Origin: Oligoflexales bacterium
Lineage (GTDB): Bacteria; Bdellovibrionota_B; Oligoflexia; Oligoflexales; Bog-1112
Direction: 5' to 3'
NCBI GenBank assembly: GCA_045106415.1
Contig: JBGCEP010000027.1
Span: 32,001 to 96,000, forward strand
DNA length: 64,000 bases
The translations under genes were made by a program, and so were the position numbers. Under the pieces are notes generated by a model. It was not told where the DNA came from, ran no database searches, and saw only the letters and a program-made list of their open reading frames with translations. Positions 9,665 through 18,903 of the stretch are shown here, one piece after another; the stretch's first letter is position 1, and each line of letters starts with the position of its first letter.

Positions 9665-11704
9665 CTATAACTTTTTATCTTTTCCTTTAGCTAATTGTTC
9701 TGCTTTTAATTTTTTCAAAAGAGGAACTTCAACAATATCTACTTTTTTCTTCTTCAACACCCGAATATAATCTGTTGCTATTCTTAACGATTCTTGAAGG
9801 TAAGGGTCATCTGGTAAAGATTCAACAACTTCATCTGTTGGCTGTTCTGCTTCTTTATTGTCTTTCTCACTGTGAGAGTCTGTATTTTTTTCTTCTTTCA
9901 AAGAAACTTTTGTTCGAGCTTCTTTATCTTTTCGGAACTCTAGAATAGCTTCTCGAATCTCCGCAAAGTTTTCATCTTGATCAACTCGATGACTGCTAAC
10001 TTTTTTCAGCTCGGCAACATATGGGGTTACTTTATGATAATTGGGGTATTGAGCAGGTGTCGTCACATCCCATTCTAAAGCATGCTTATAATGCTCTTCA
10101 CCAATTTCCAGCTCATTTGCCATTGAGGGTAGAACAATATCTGACTCGACACCTCTTAGTTGAGTGCTATCTCCTGAGGGTCGATAAAATCTACGAATTG
10201 TAACTTTCAGGGCTCCCATATCATTTTCTAGATCATGAAGATTTTGTACTGTCCCCTTCCCAAAAGTATGGTCCCCTCCAACAATGAGTCCTCGTTCATA
10301 ATCTTTAATAGCTCCAGCAAAAATTTCACTAGCACTTGCAGACTGCCTATCAACCATAACAAGAAGGGGTCCGTCATAAAAACTTTTCCCTCCATCTTGG
10401 TCATAACTGACATGAGGCTTCTCTTCTTGCCCTCCTTTAATTTGTACAACAGGAGCTTTATCAACAAAAAGCCCAGCTATATTAATAGCTTCATCAAGAC
10501 TCCCCCCCCCATTAGAACGCAAATCAACGATCATGCCATCAATTTTTTGCTCTGATAGACTCATCATTTCTTTCCACACATCTCTCGAAGAACTTCTAAA
10601 ATTCTCTTGTCTCGCTTGACGGCCTTCAAAATCTATATAAAAAGAAGGAAGTGAAATAAGGCCTATTTTGTAGGTTTCTTCCCCTACTTTTGTGTCATAC
10701 ACTTTCGAGCTTGCAGCTCTATCTGCTAAAACAATCTTTTCTCTCACTATAGCAATCTGATGATTCTTTTTACGCCCCTCATCTCGCCGAATATGGAGCA
10801 AGACAGTGCTACCCCCGGGGCCTCTTATCAACTTAACGACATCTGGAAGATACATATCAATAACATCAACAGGCTCCCCTTTAGCACCTTGTGCAACCGC
10901 TACAATTTTATCTCCAACTTTAAGTTGACCTTGGCGCGCAGCTGCTCCACCTTTCACAATGCTCGAAACAGTTGTTAAACCATCATCAGAGTGAAGGACT
11001 GCGCCAATACCTTCTAGAGAAAGTCGCGTATTAATTCTAAAATTATCAAGTTGTTCGCGACTATAATAGCTTGAATGAGGATCTAAAGCTGTTGCTATTG
11101 CATTAAGTAATGTGCTGTATGTATCGTCAGTAGAGAGCTCAGATGTTCTTTTTCGAAGAAGTTGAAAACGCTTTGCTAATTTTTCACGTATTTTTTTATC
11201 ATCCGACAAAGCTTCTTTTAATTGGCGATATTGATACTTAACTCTCTTTCTCCAGCGATCCTTAAGTTCTTTAGAATCTTCAGCCCATGTCACAACATCT
11301 CTATCAATAACCATGTATTCATCAAGTGTAAAATCAAATTTTCTCTGGATCAATTTATCAATATCAGCCTGCCTTTCTTCAAACCTTTTCATATAAACAC
11401 GCACGACATCGTCAACATTATGGCACCTGACCTGTTTAATATCTTTGAATAGAGTCGGCACATACTGTTTCTGAAATTTTTCAATATCTGATTTTAGAAA
11501 ATACAATTTTCCAGGATCCCAAGCTTTGATATAATTATCCAGAGCTTTTTTAGCTAAGTCTTCATTAAACTTTTGCTGTGAAATGTGAAGTTCCAATGTC
11601 CGATCGGAAATTTTTCGGACATGACCACAGGTAATCCCTTGAGCTCTCTGTGTGGAGCCCCACAAAAAACATAGAACTATAAGAGAGCAAACTCGGTTCG
11701 TCAC
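9665..11704 (-). CDS. prc: Carboxy-terminal processing protease (S41, Prc/Tsp)
   Basis: 'DPHSSY', PDZ 'GIGAVL', 'DLRSNGGG', catalytic 'SASASEI', 'TFGKGTVQ'. Confidence 0.92.
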   Translation of the reverse strand: MTNRVCSLIVLCFLWGSTQRAQGITCGHVRKISDRTLELHISQQKFNEDLAKKALDNYIKAWDPGKLYFLKSDIEKFQKQYVPTLFKDIKQVRCHNVDDVVRVYMKRFEERQADIDKLIQRKFDFTLDEYMVIDRDVVTWAEDSKELKDRWRKRVKYQYRQLKEALSDDKKIREKLAKRFQLLRKRTSELSTDDTYSTLLNAIATALDPHSSYYSREQLDNFRINTRLSLEGIGAVLHSDDGLTTVSSIVKGGAAARQGQLKVGDKIVAVAQGAKGEPVDVIDMYLPDVVKLIRGPGGSTVLLHIRRDEGRKKNHQIAIVREKIVLADRAASSKVYDTKVGEETYKIGLISLPSFYIDFEGRQARQENFRSSSRDVWKEMMSLSEQKIDGMIVDLRSNGGGSLDEAINIAGLFVDKAPVVQIKGGQEEKPHVSYDQDGGKSFYDGPLLVMVDRQSASASEIFAGAIKDYERGLIVGGDHTFGKGTVQNLHDLENDMGALKVTIRRFYRPSGDSTQLRGVESDIVLPSMANELEIGEEHYKHALEWDVTTPAQYPNYHKVTPYVAELKKVSSHRVDQDENFAEIREAILEFRKDKEARTKVSLKEEKNTDSHSEKDNKEAEQPTDEVVESLPDDPYLQESLRIATDYIRVLKKKKVDIVEVPLLKKLKAEQLAKGKDKKL

Positions 11705-11842
11705 AAAATCCTCCCCGTTAAATCAGCAGATGGAACCATAAATTAAGCATCGGGGTATCACGACGAGATCTTAAACCGCAAACTTTGCCGATACGCTTAT
11801 CACTTCTTGCCTTCACCATTATTAACCCGAACTCTTCGCGTT

Positions 11843-11869
11843 TCAAGACTCAATCATTACAGCCGATAA
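11843..11869 (+). promoter_or_regulatory. sigma28/FliA-like promoter
   Basis: TCAA-N15-GCCGATAA, about 20 nt upstream of ATG 11890. Confidence 0.7.
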
Positions 11870-11889
11870 GTCTATTACGGAGGTTAGAC

Positions 11890-13497
11890 ATGAGAGAGCA
11901 CCACGTTATATGGTTAACTCGCAGGCCTGTTAAAGAGAGAGCAGAAGAATTACTCCGCTATGGTTATAAAGTCACATTTTGTCAAAACATCGAAGATATT
12001 TTAAAAATTTTCGAAAAACGACGCGCTGGCATCATTATTATTTCTGATGATATCGAATTTGGTTACTCCTGGGTAGAAACTTTAACACATCACCCTGAAA
12101 CTCGGGCCTCAAGGTTCATCTTATCACTAGAACAACAAAATACAGGTTTATATGAGTATGCGGCAAGCTATAACTTTCGAGATTTAATCCCTTTTTCAAT
12201 ATCTAACAAATCTTGGTGTCAAAGATTTATCTTTGCAGCGTCCACATTAGCCATAGAATCACCACAACCAACTCATGTTCTTGGTGTGCAACAAGTTGCA
12301 AAACTGAATCTACCTGCTCGAATTATTTGGATATCTCCCAACATGATCTGCCTGGAAGGCCAAATTCAACCACCAATTGGAAGTATCATTCGTATTGGTG
12401 GCGCTATTGCTCAGACACTTGGACTTAAAGTCATCACAGGCACGGTTCATCGGATCCAGCACCGACATCTTTATTACCGCTTTTCAACTTCGATTCTTGT
12501 TCATTGGCGATGCCCTGCAACACCACAAGCAAAGCAGGCTCTCCATCACCTACATCAGAAAGATCTTGGAAAACGTTTCAGAGTTCTGCTTGTCATGTCT
12601 TCTTCACACAATAGGCGCACAATAGCAAATCGTTTAAATAGCAAATACTATGAAACACACTCACTATTACGCATGAAAAGGCTTGTCCAAGAAGTTAACT
12701 TTCTTTCTCCTCATGCTATTTTTATAGAAGCTCCCCTTTGCCGAAAACCAGAATTTGAACAAATGATGGCCGTACTCGATCATGACACCCCTATTTTCAT
12801 TCTTGGGTCTCCTCAAGAGGCTGGCGTCGACAGCACTCACATCACTTTTCTTCCTCATATACCTGCAAACCCTGGGGCATTATTTGGTAGTGAAATCTCT
12901 GATCAATCTCACAACGGCAAAGATGCTATTTACCTACAACCACATGATGAAGCATCGTTTGCAAAAATTATTCTCCCAACTCATATCACTGGAGTTCATC
13001 CTGAGCACATAGAATTTTCCTTACCTTTTAAAGTAAATTCTTTTGCTCTCGCTTATATGGTCAGTCCTTTTCTACACACAACGTCACAAAGAGGTCTCTG
13101 GCTCAAAGTTACAAATATTGCGCCTCACAATACAGAAAATAAAAAAATGCATTTCAAAGCATCTGCACACCTAGCTGATTTATCTGCGCAAGAAAAATAT
13201 AATTTAGGTACAAAATTAATTCAATTTTATGAAGAGCAGCTTCATTATGATTGGGATAAGCCTGAAAATTTCAGCTTACCTGAAGTTCAGCCTGTCATAA
13301 AAAAGAAACCCACTAAACTGCCCCCTAAAAATGGGTCTTTATTAAAGAATCTTAAATATTTATTTATATTTTTAGCTATTAATCTATCTGTTTACACCAT
13401 TTTTTCTTTAGCCCTACCCTATCTAAGAGAAAGCTTTGAAAAATCAGGATCTGTCTATACAGATCAAATTAAAAAGTTTCAAAACAGAAGTAAATAA
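11890..13497 (+). CDS. Hypothetical protein with two (pseudo-receiver + PilZ-like barrel) modules and a C-terminal TM anchor
   Basis: ATG 11890 follows ggagg. REC-like 'HHVIWL...GIIIISDD' and 'RVLLVM...AIFIE'; PilZ-like 'PARIIWISPNMICLE' and 'PTHITGVHPEHIEFS'; TM 'YLFIFLAINLSVYTIFSLAL'. Confidence 0.55.
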   Translation: MREHHVIWLTRRPVKERAEELLRYGYKVTFCQNIEDILKIFEKRRAGIIIISDDIEFGYSWVETLTHHPETRASRFILSLEQQNTGLYEYAASYNFRDLIPFSISNKSWCQRFIFAASTLAIESPQPTHVLGVQQVAKLNLPARIIWISPNMICLEGQIQPPIGSIIRIGGAIAQTLGLKVITGTVHRIQHRHLYYRFSTSILVHWRCPATPQAKQALHHLHQKDLGKRFRVLLVMSSSHNRRTIANRLNSKYYETHSLLRMKRLVQEVNFLSPHAIFIEAPLCRKPEFEQMMAVLDHDTPIFILGSPQEAGVDSTHITFLPHIPANPGALFGSEISDQSHNGKDAIYLQPHDEASFAKIILPTHITGVHPEHIEFSLPFKVNSFALAYMVSPFLHTTSQRGLWLKVTNIAPHNTENKKMHFKASAHLADLSAQEKYNLGTKLIQFYEEQLHYDWDKPENFSLPEVQPVIKKKPTKLPPKNGSLLKNLKYLFIFLAINLSVYTIFSLALPYLRESFEKSGSVYTDQIKKFQNRSK

Positions 13498-13520
13498 CTA
13501 AGATTTTATAGAACATTATT

Positions 13521-14225
13521 CTAAAACATCTCTCGGCGCGCAAATAAAACACCTGCGGAAAGTCCATCTTGATTACGCATAATTTCTGCACCCCAAAGTG
13601 GATTATGCTCTAAGGTTTTTTTAAGAGAAAGTCTTATTGTTCTTTCTGTCATCTCATCAAGACAACCATCAAGTGCAGCATAACTACGCACGTTCTCTTT
13701 ATCTAATAAGTTAAGAATCTTTGAAAAAAAATTCTCTAATACTTTCTCTCGCACGATCAGCCCAGCACATGTTCGAAAAGGTTGCCACCACCAATATGGT
13801 TTTTCACAGACACATAACCCACAGCGCAACGTTATAATTTGAAAAGATTTCTGCGGGAATATAAAAGGTTCATTATTGTCTTGACGATAAAAAGAAAAAT
13901 TCGGTGGATGAGGATAAGTTCTAGAACTTATCGGATGAATATCGGTTCCCACAACCTCTAATTCAGAAGGATTAAACAAACCTGCTAAACGAATAGGTGA
14001 GAGGTCTCCTCCTATGGATAAAGCCAAAATTTTGTGAATACCATACAAACGGTAAAAATGACGAACATCTGCAGAGTGCGCAAGAGGCATAAGAGACATC
14101 GACCACAGCTTTTTTAAAGATCCAAAACGTTGTGTAGAGTCGCTTTCTTTTTTAATTTTTTCAGAAGGGTTTGACTCAACAACAGCTGTACAGAGCAATA
14201 AATAAAAACATAGTAAAACCTTCAC
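13521..14225 (-). CDS. Class I SAM-dependent methyltransferase-like protein with hydrophobic leader
   Basis: GTG at 14225 with gagagga RBS; 'LALSIGG', 'VVGTDI', 'RQD...PF.FP.KSF.II' motif series. Confidence 0.45.
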   Translation of the reverse strand: MKVLLCFYLLLCTAVVESNPSEKIKKESDSTQRFGSLKKLWSMSLMPLAHSADVRHFYRLYGIHKILALSIGGDLSPIRLAGLFNPSELEVVGTDIHPISSRTYPHPPNFSFYRQDNNEPFIFPQKSFQIITLRCGLCVCEKPYWWWQPFRTCAGLIVREKVLENFFSKILNLLDKENVRSYAALDGCLDEMTERTIRLSLKKTLEHNPLWGAEIMRNQDGLSAGVLFARREMF

Positions 14226-14235
14226 AGAAATCCTC

Positions 14236-15303
14236 TCAAACAGCCCAAATTCCGTCGATGAATAGACCCACACCTTGTTTATGGTAGCTAGCATTAAACT
14301 CAGGGAGAGATTGACCATCATCTCCATAAATACCCAAAAAACCAACCCTAAGCCCATGCCCAGGTTCGCCGAGTAATGAATAAATAGCCAAAGCTGTATA
14401 TGGAATTCTATCTAAGTTTACAAATGCGTTTTCAGAATAAGAAAGCGTTCTATGTCGTAACGCTACACCAATTCCTGTCATTTCTGTCCGCAAATAAATA
14501 TCTAAATAATCTCCATGAACAGGGATACCTTCTTCACTTTCTGGACCTCCTTCACCTGCTTGTACAACCATAAAATCAATATCGATTTTTGCTGGGCCCG
14601 CCCAAAAATTTCCACTCACACCGTAATGACCTGGTATATAAATAGAAGACGAGCCCTCTATAGTCGTACCGTCTGACCCTATTTTCTCAAAACGTCTTTG
14701 TTTATTTCCTGAGCCTTGTCGAAAATAAAAACTCCCACTCCACTGATTCGAGCGCTTTACAATAGCAATACGCGGTGTATATAAATTTGCATCCTCTATT
14801 TTTGTTTCAGATGAAATCGCATTTGAGGTTTGTTTTTCTAACTCTGACCCTGAATAGCTATCATGCAACCCCAGAGCTATTTCCAAACCTTTAGGATTAA
14901 CAAAAGTATAATCAACAGCTGTATCTAGCCTTAGTACTTTATTTTCTACAGGAGATTTCGGGGGTTGTTCTTCTTCTTTTTTAATAACCTGGTGAAAAAG
15001 CTCAATCGCCACCCTCAGACCACCTGTACCTAAGAATACATCCTTGCCGCATGCAAAATAGTTGGTAACCCGTCTATCAAAAAACTTTGTCCCAGGGGGT
15101 GTTGTTTCAATAGATTGATCGACACCTAAGCTTTCAAATTGAGACCAAAAATTCGATTGTTTTTCATAATTTAATAACTGAATGCCTCGACGTTGTCCTA
15201 AGACATCTTGAATATCAGATGATAAAAGAGGCCAAGAAAAAAAGGCGCAACAAAACAGCATTATACATATCGTTTTTAAAAATTCCGCCTTAAACAAAGC
15301 CAC
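14236..15303 (-). CDS. Hypothetical secreted, probable outer-membrane beta-barrel protein
   Basis: Signal peptide; alternating beta-strand pattern; RBS ggagg. Confidence 0.5.
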   Translation of the reverse strand: MALFKAEFLKTICIMLFCCAFFSWPLLSSDIQDVLGQRRGIQLLNYEKQSNFWSQFESLGVDQSIETTPPGTKFFDRRVTNYFACGKDVFLGTGGLRVAIELFHQVIKKEEEQPPKSPVENKVLRLDTAVDYTFVNPKGLEIALGLHDSYSGSELEKQTSNAISSETKIEDANLYTPRIAIVKRSNQWSGSFYFRQGSGNKQRRFEKIGSDGTTIEGSSSIYIPGHYGVSGNFWAGPAKIDIDFMVVQAGEGGPESEEGIPVHGDYLDIYLRTEMTGIGVALRHRTLSYSENAFVNLDRIPYTALAIYSLLGEPGHGLRVGFLGIYGDDGQSLPEFNASYHKQGVGLFIDGIWAV

Positions 15304-15374
15304 CTCCTGGTTATACCCAGCATCATTGCAGCTCTATCATAGCGATCACTTTTCTTTTTGTCATGAAGGGATCT

Positions 15375-16427
15375 TTAATTTTCCTCTGGAAGAATTATTT
15401 TAAAACTTTCATCAATAGCAAGTTGAATCCCAGAGGTATAATTTTGCCCATCAAACTCACAATGCCCGAAGTCATCTTTAATTTGATTTGTTTGCGGATT
15501 TTCCACAGCTCCCAATGCTCCTAATGCTTGCTGATATGCAGCAACACTTGCTTCAACAGAACTACGAATATCTGCTCTTCCCACCTCATTTGTACTTTCC
15601 CAATGCAAACGATAAGTCTTTAAAAAACTCTCTCCATCTGGAGATGAAAAATCAAACTGCGGAGCTCTACCACCACACATCATGAAAGCACCCCCTGTCT
15701 TATACTTAGCGCCATATAGTGGAATAAAGGCACCCGTCATAAAGTAAGACCCTCCCGACACTGTTGAAAAATAAATACGATCAAGGTCAATATTGTATTT
15801 TTTCAACAGTTCATTTTGAATCAATTCATCAACATATAGAGCAAAGTTTTGTCCATCTCTATTCCAACTTGTGCCTTGATTAGGAGAACGTACTGTCACA
15901 CCAATCAAATTATAGCGTGTCTCCACATTTGGAAAATCAGTATACCCTCCCCCACCATCTCCATGTAGATGAATATGCAAACCATAAACTTTTTGAGAAA
16001 CATCTTCTGGTGCATTAATTTTATAGGTACTGGATAAGTTATTACTAGAGTCAAAGCTGACTTCATTCATTCCTGTCAGCCCTCCCTCTCCATTTGAGGA
16101 TATGATAGGATCTTCAACCATCTCTTCTTCAACAGCAACCTCTGTTTGTTGGTTTTCTTCTATGGTATCGTTTTTTTCATTTTCTATCTCAATTGATTTA
16201 TTCTTAGTTTCCGTTTTCTTTCGCTTCGAAGAATTTTTTTCAACATCACGGCCCTTCTGTCTTGAAGATAAATCTTGCTCGATACGTAAAGTAGAATCCT
16301 CACTCTCGAAAGAAGATGTTTTTGTTGCCACCTGACTTGATTGGGAAGATAAATCTGTCACACCACAACTTAAAAGAAAGACACAACTTAGATTTATTAT
16401 AAAAGATTTCACGAAACACCCACTCAA
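15375..16427 (-). CDS. Lipoprotein with alpha/beta-hydrolase-like domain
   Basis: Lipobox LLSC; acidic/Ser linker; 'HLHGDGG' oxyanion-type loop, nucleophile elbow 'TVSGGS', late 'GHCEFD'. Confidence 0.6.
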   Translation of the reverse strand: MSGCFVKSFIINLSCVFLLSCGVTDLSSQSSQVATKTSSFESEDSTLRIEQDLSSRQKGRDVEKNSSKRKKTETKNKSIEIENEKNDTIEENQQTEVAVEEEMVEDPIISSNGEGGLTGMNEVSFDSSNNLSSTYKINAPEDVSQKVYGLHIHLHGDGGGGYTDFPNVETRYNLIGVTVRSPNQGTSWNRDGQNFALYVDELIQNELLKKYNIDLDRIYFSTVSGGSYFMTGAFIPLYGAKYKTGGAFMMCGGRAPQFDFSSPDGESFLKTYRLHWESTNEVGRADIRSSVEASVAAYQQALGALGAVENPQTNQIKDDFGHCEFDGQNYTSGIQLAIDESFKIILPEEN

Positions 16428-16454
16428 AAGAAGACATGACCATTGACAGTATCC

Positions 16455-16481
16455 GTATCGGTTTTCAGGTCAAACTCTCAA
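16455..16481 (-). promoter_or_regulatory. sigma28-like promoter candidate
   Basis: TTGAG-N14-ACCGATAC on the minus strand upstream of the lipoprotein. Confidence 0.4.
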
Positions 16482-16926
16482 ATATTTATCTTAAACGCTT
16501 AAAATTTAAGAAGATAAAAGAAAATATAAAGTAAGATTTACGAGATCATAAGAATAAATTTTAAAAATTAATCAAAAAATTTAAGAGCTAAATCGTACTT
16601 TATTGACATCAAAGCTTCCATAATCAAGCAACTGTATTATTTCAGTAATATTCTCTAATTCTTGTGCCCTGACTTAAAAAATCCTAGTCACAACCTCTAT
16701 AAGACATGACACACCGCAACTCTAAAGACTCTACTTTTCATATCACTTGATGTCGATCAGCAAGAAATACATAACCATATAAAGAAGATAAAATGGTTCA
16801 TCAAAAACCTCAAACAAGCAAAAAAAATCTTATAATTTCATTTTATTCGTGAAGAAAAACAGCATAAAAAGGTTGATTTCAAAATCATATATGCCAGAAT
16901 AAAACAAAACAATCTAAGAGGATCTC

Positions 16927-17610
16927 ATGAAAAAACGACTACACCCTCAATGGATAGACTGGATCGGTGACGAATTCAAAAAACCTTACCTTAAAAGTCT
17001 TTTTGAATTTTTAGATAAAGAAACAAAAAATCAAAAAACTATTTTTCCTGAACCTGAAAATATTTTTCAAGCTCTCAATTCAACTCTCCCACAGCATACC
17101 CGGGTAGTTATTTTAGGCCAAGACCCGTATCACGGTCCAGGACAAGCACACGGACTTTCATTTTCGGTACTTCCCGGAATCAAAATTCCACCTTCCTTAA
17201 AAAATATTTACAAAGAACTTAACGAAGACCTTGATATCCACCCAGCCTCTCATGGATATTTATCTTCATGGGCTGAGCAAGGTGTTCTTCTTTTAAATTC
17301 AGTACTCACTGTGGAAGAGTCTCAGGCTGCATCTCATGCAGGAAAAGGATGGGAGACCTTCACGGATAGGATCGTTCACGAACTCAACGAAAGAAAAGAA
17401 CACCTTGTCTTTTTCTTATGGGGGAGCTACGCACAAAAAAAAGGAGCAACGATCAACACAGATAAGCATCTAGTGATACACTCCCCCCATCCCTCTCCCC
17501 TTTCAGCATACCGAGGATTTTTTGGTTCAAAACCTTTTTCTAAAACGAATACATACCTCAAAAAGCACAATATGCCCCCTATTCAATGGGAAATCCCTGA
17601 AACACTATAA
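16927..17610 (+). CDS. ung: Uracil-DNA glycosylase, family 1
   Basis: GQDPYH, 'PPSL.NI.KEL', 'VLLLN..LTV', HPSPLS. Confidence 0.97.
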   Translation: MKKRLHPQWIDWIGDEFKKPYLKSLFEFLDKETKNQKTIFPEPENIFQALNSTLPQHTRVVILGQDPYHGPGQAHGLSFSVLPGIKIPPSLKNIYKELNEDLDIHPASHGYLSSWAEQGVLLLNSVLTVEESQAASHAGKGWETFTDRIVHELNERKEHLVFFLWGSYAQKKGATINTDKHLVIHSPHPSPLSAYRGFFGSKPFSKTNTYLKKHNMPPIQWEIPETL

Positions 17611-18894
17611 AAACCTTCCTACTAACGAAGAAGATTTCATTTTTTTTGCTTCGTCTTTTAATTTCAGGAGATCACAGTTTTGAATTCCTGCTTTTAAGCA
17701 TTTTTCTTTTTCTTCTTGAAATGAAGTTGCAAAAATCCCAGGGTCATCACTCCCTAAGCACAAGAGGACATCTTCATCTATAAATCTTGTAATTGGATGG
17801 TGAGCCAAAGAAGCGATCCCACCCAGCATCATATTTGAAGTAAGACACGTTTCAATCACTGTTTGATTTTTTCGTATTAAAGAAAAAACAGCATTCTGAA
17901 ACCTATTAAGATCTTCTTTAACTTTTTTGTCATAAACCTTTTCAAAAAAACCTGGCAGATAAGCAATTTCATGAAGCTCTTTTAGAATATCTTTTCGACT
18001 GAAAAAATACCCATGCTCCATCAAAAGGGTTTGATTTTTTAATAGCCACAATAAATGGAAACGCCATTCTTTATAAGACTCAAGCATTTTAAGTGGCAAA
18101 GATTGAGGGTTGAGCCCTAGATATGTCGCATGACCCATCCTATGTACCCCTATAAGGGAGGCTTCAGCTATCCTGCGAACAGACGAGTGAGGGCTTAATG
18201 TGAGGCTCGTTTCTCCAACATGATACAGTATAGCTAAAGCATTTTGAGTATCATCATTATCTTTATGGACCTGATCTAAGAATCTTTTTTTTTCATGGGG
18301 GGGCCACTCTTCTTCAGCTCCACAAAAATCAATTCCCGTTAAATATTTTTTCAGAGTAGAATCAGCTGATTTTTGCCAATTTTTAATCCACTCATATTGT
18401 TTTTTTAGATACCTATGATCTCTCGGTAAAGAAATCGCTAACGTTGGTGTAAAATTTTGACTCACAACCCTAGCGAACTCCCTTAATAGGTCATTAAGAT
18501 AAGACTCTGCCTGTTGCTCACTCACTCCAGGTGGCAACGGCATACGAAGCTCAACATGCGATAAATACTTCTCTTGCTCAATTCTTTCCAACACACAACG
18601 CGCGACAGCACTAGCATCAAAAACAGCTGGTAGCACAGCAATCATCAGGTTAAAGCAAGACTGAAAACGACTAAAACTTCCTGGGGAAGTAAATAAAAAA
18701 TCTTCCTTTAAAAGACCCTCATGACTCTTTAACCAATAATTTTGCCATTGTGGTTGTCGGCCCCAAGCTTGCATATACTCACGCTCATACCAGCTCAGGC
18801 GATCCATACGTTTTCGCCATCTTGATTGCCCTAATTCATACACATCAGATGAGGTCAGGTAACCATATAAATGGGCATGAAGATCGATATCCAT
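17605..18894 (-). CDS. Adenosine/AMP deaminase family protein
   Basis: DLHAHLYG, HVGE, 'RMGHA', 'ETCLTSN', 'GSDDP'. Confidence 0.85.
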   Translation of the reverse strand: MDIDLHAHLYGYLTSSDVYELGQSRWRKRMDRLSWYEREYMQAWGRQPQWQNYWLKSHEGLLKEDFLFTSPGSFSRFQSCFNLMIAVLPAVFDASAVARCVLERIEQEKYLSHVELRMPLPPGVSEQQAESYLNDLLREFARVVSQNFTPTLAISLPRDHRYLKKQYEWIKNWQKSADSTLKKYLTGIDFCGAEEEWPPHEKKRFLDQVHKDNDDTQNALAILYHVGETSLTLSPHSSVRRIAEASLIGVHRMGHATYLGLNPQSLPLKMLESYKEWRFHLLWLLKNQTLLMEHGYFFSRKDILKELHEIAYLPGFFEKVYDKKVKEDLNRFQNAVFSLIRKNQTVIETCLTSNMMLGGIASLAHHPITRFIDEDVLLCLGSDDPGIFATSFQEEKEKCLKAGIQNCDLLKLKDEAKKMKSSSLVGRFL

Positions 18895-18903
18895 AACACC
18901 ACC

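Noticed and set aside
16428..16926. AT-rich 500-nt spacer as replication origin or mobile-element scar
   Set aside because: No DnaA-box cluster, terminal repeats or transposase remnants seen; consistent with a divergent promoter region.
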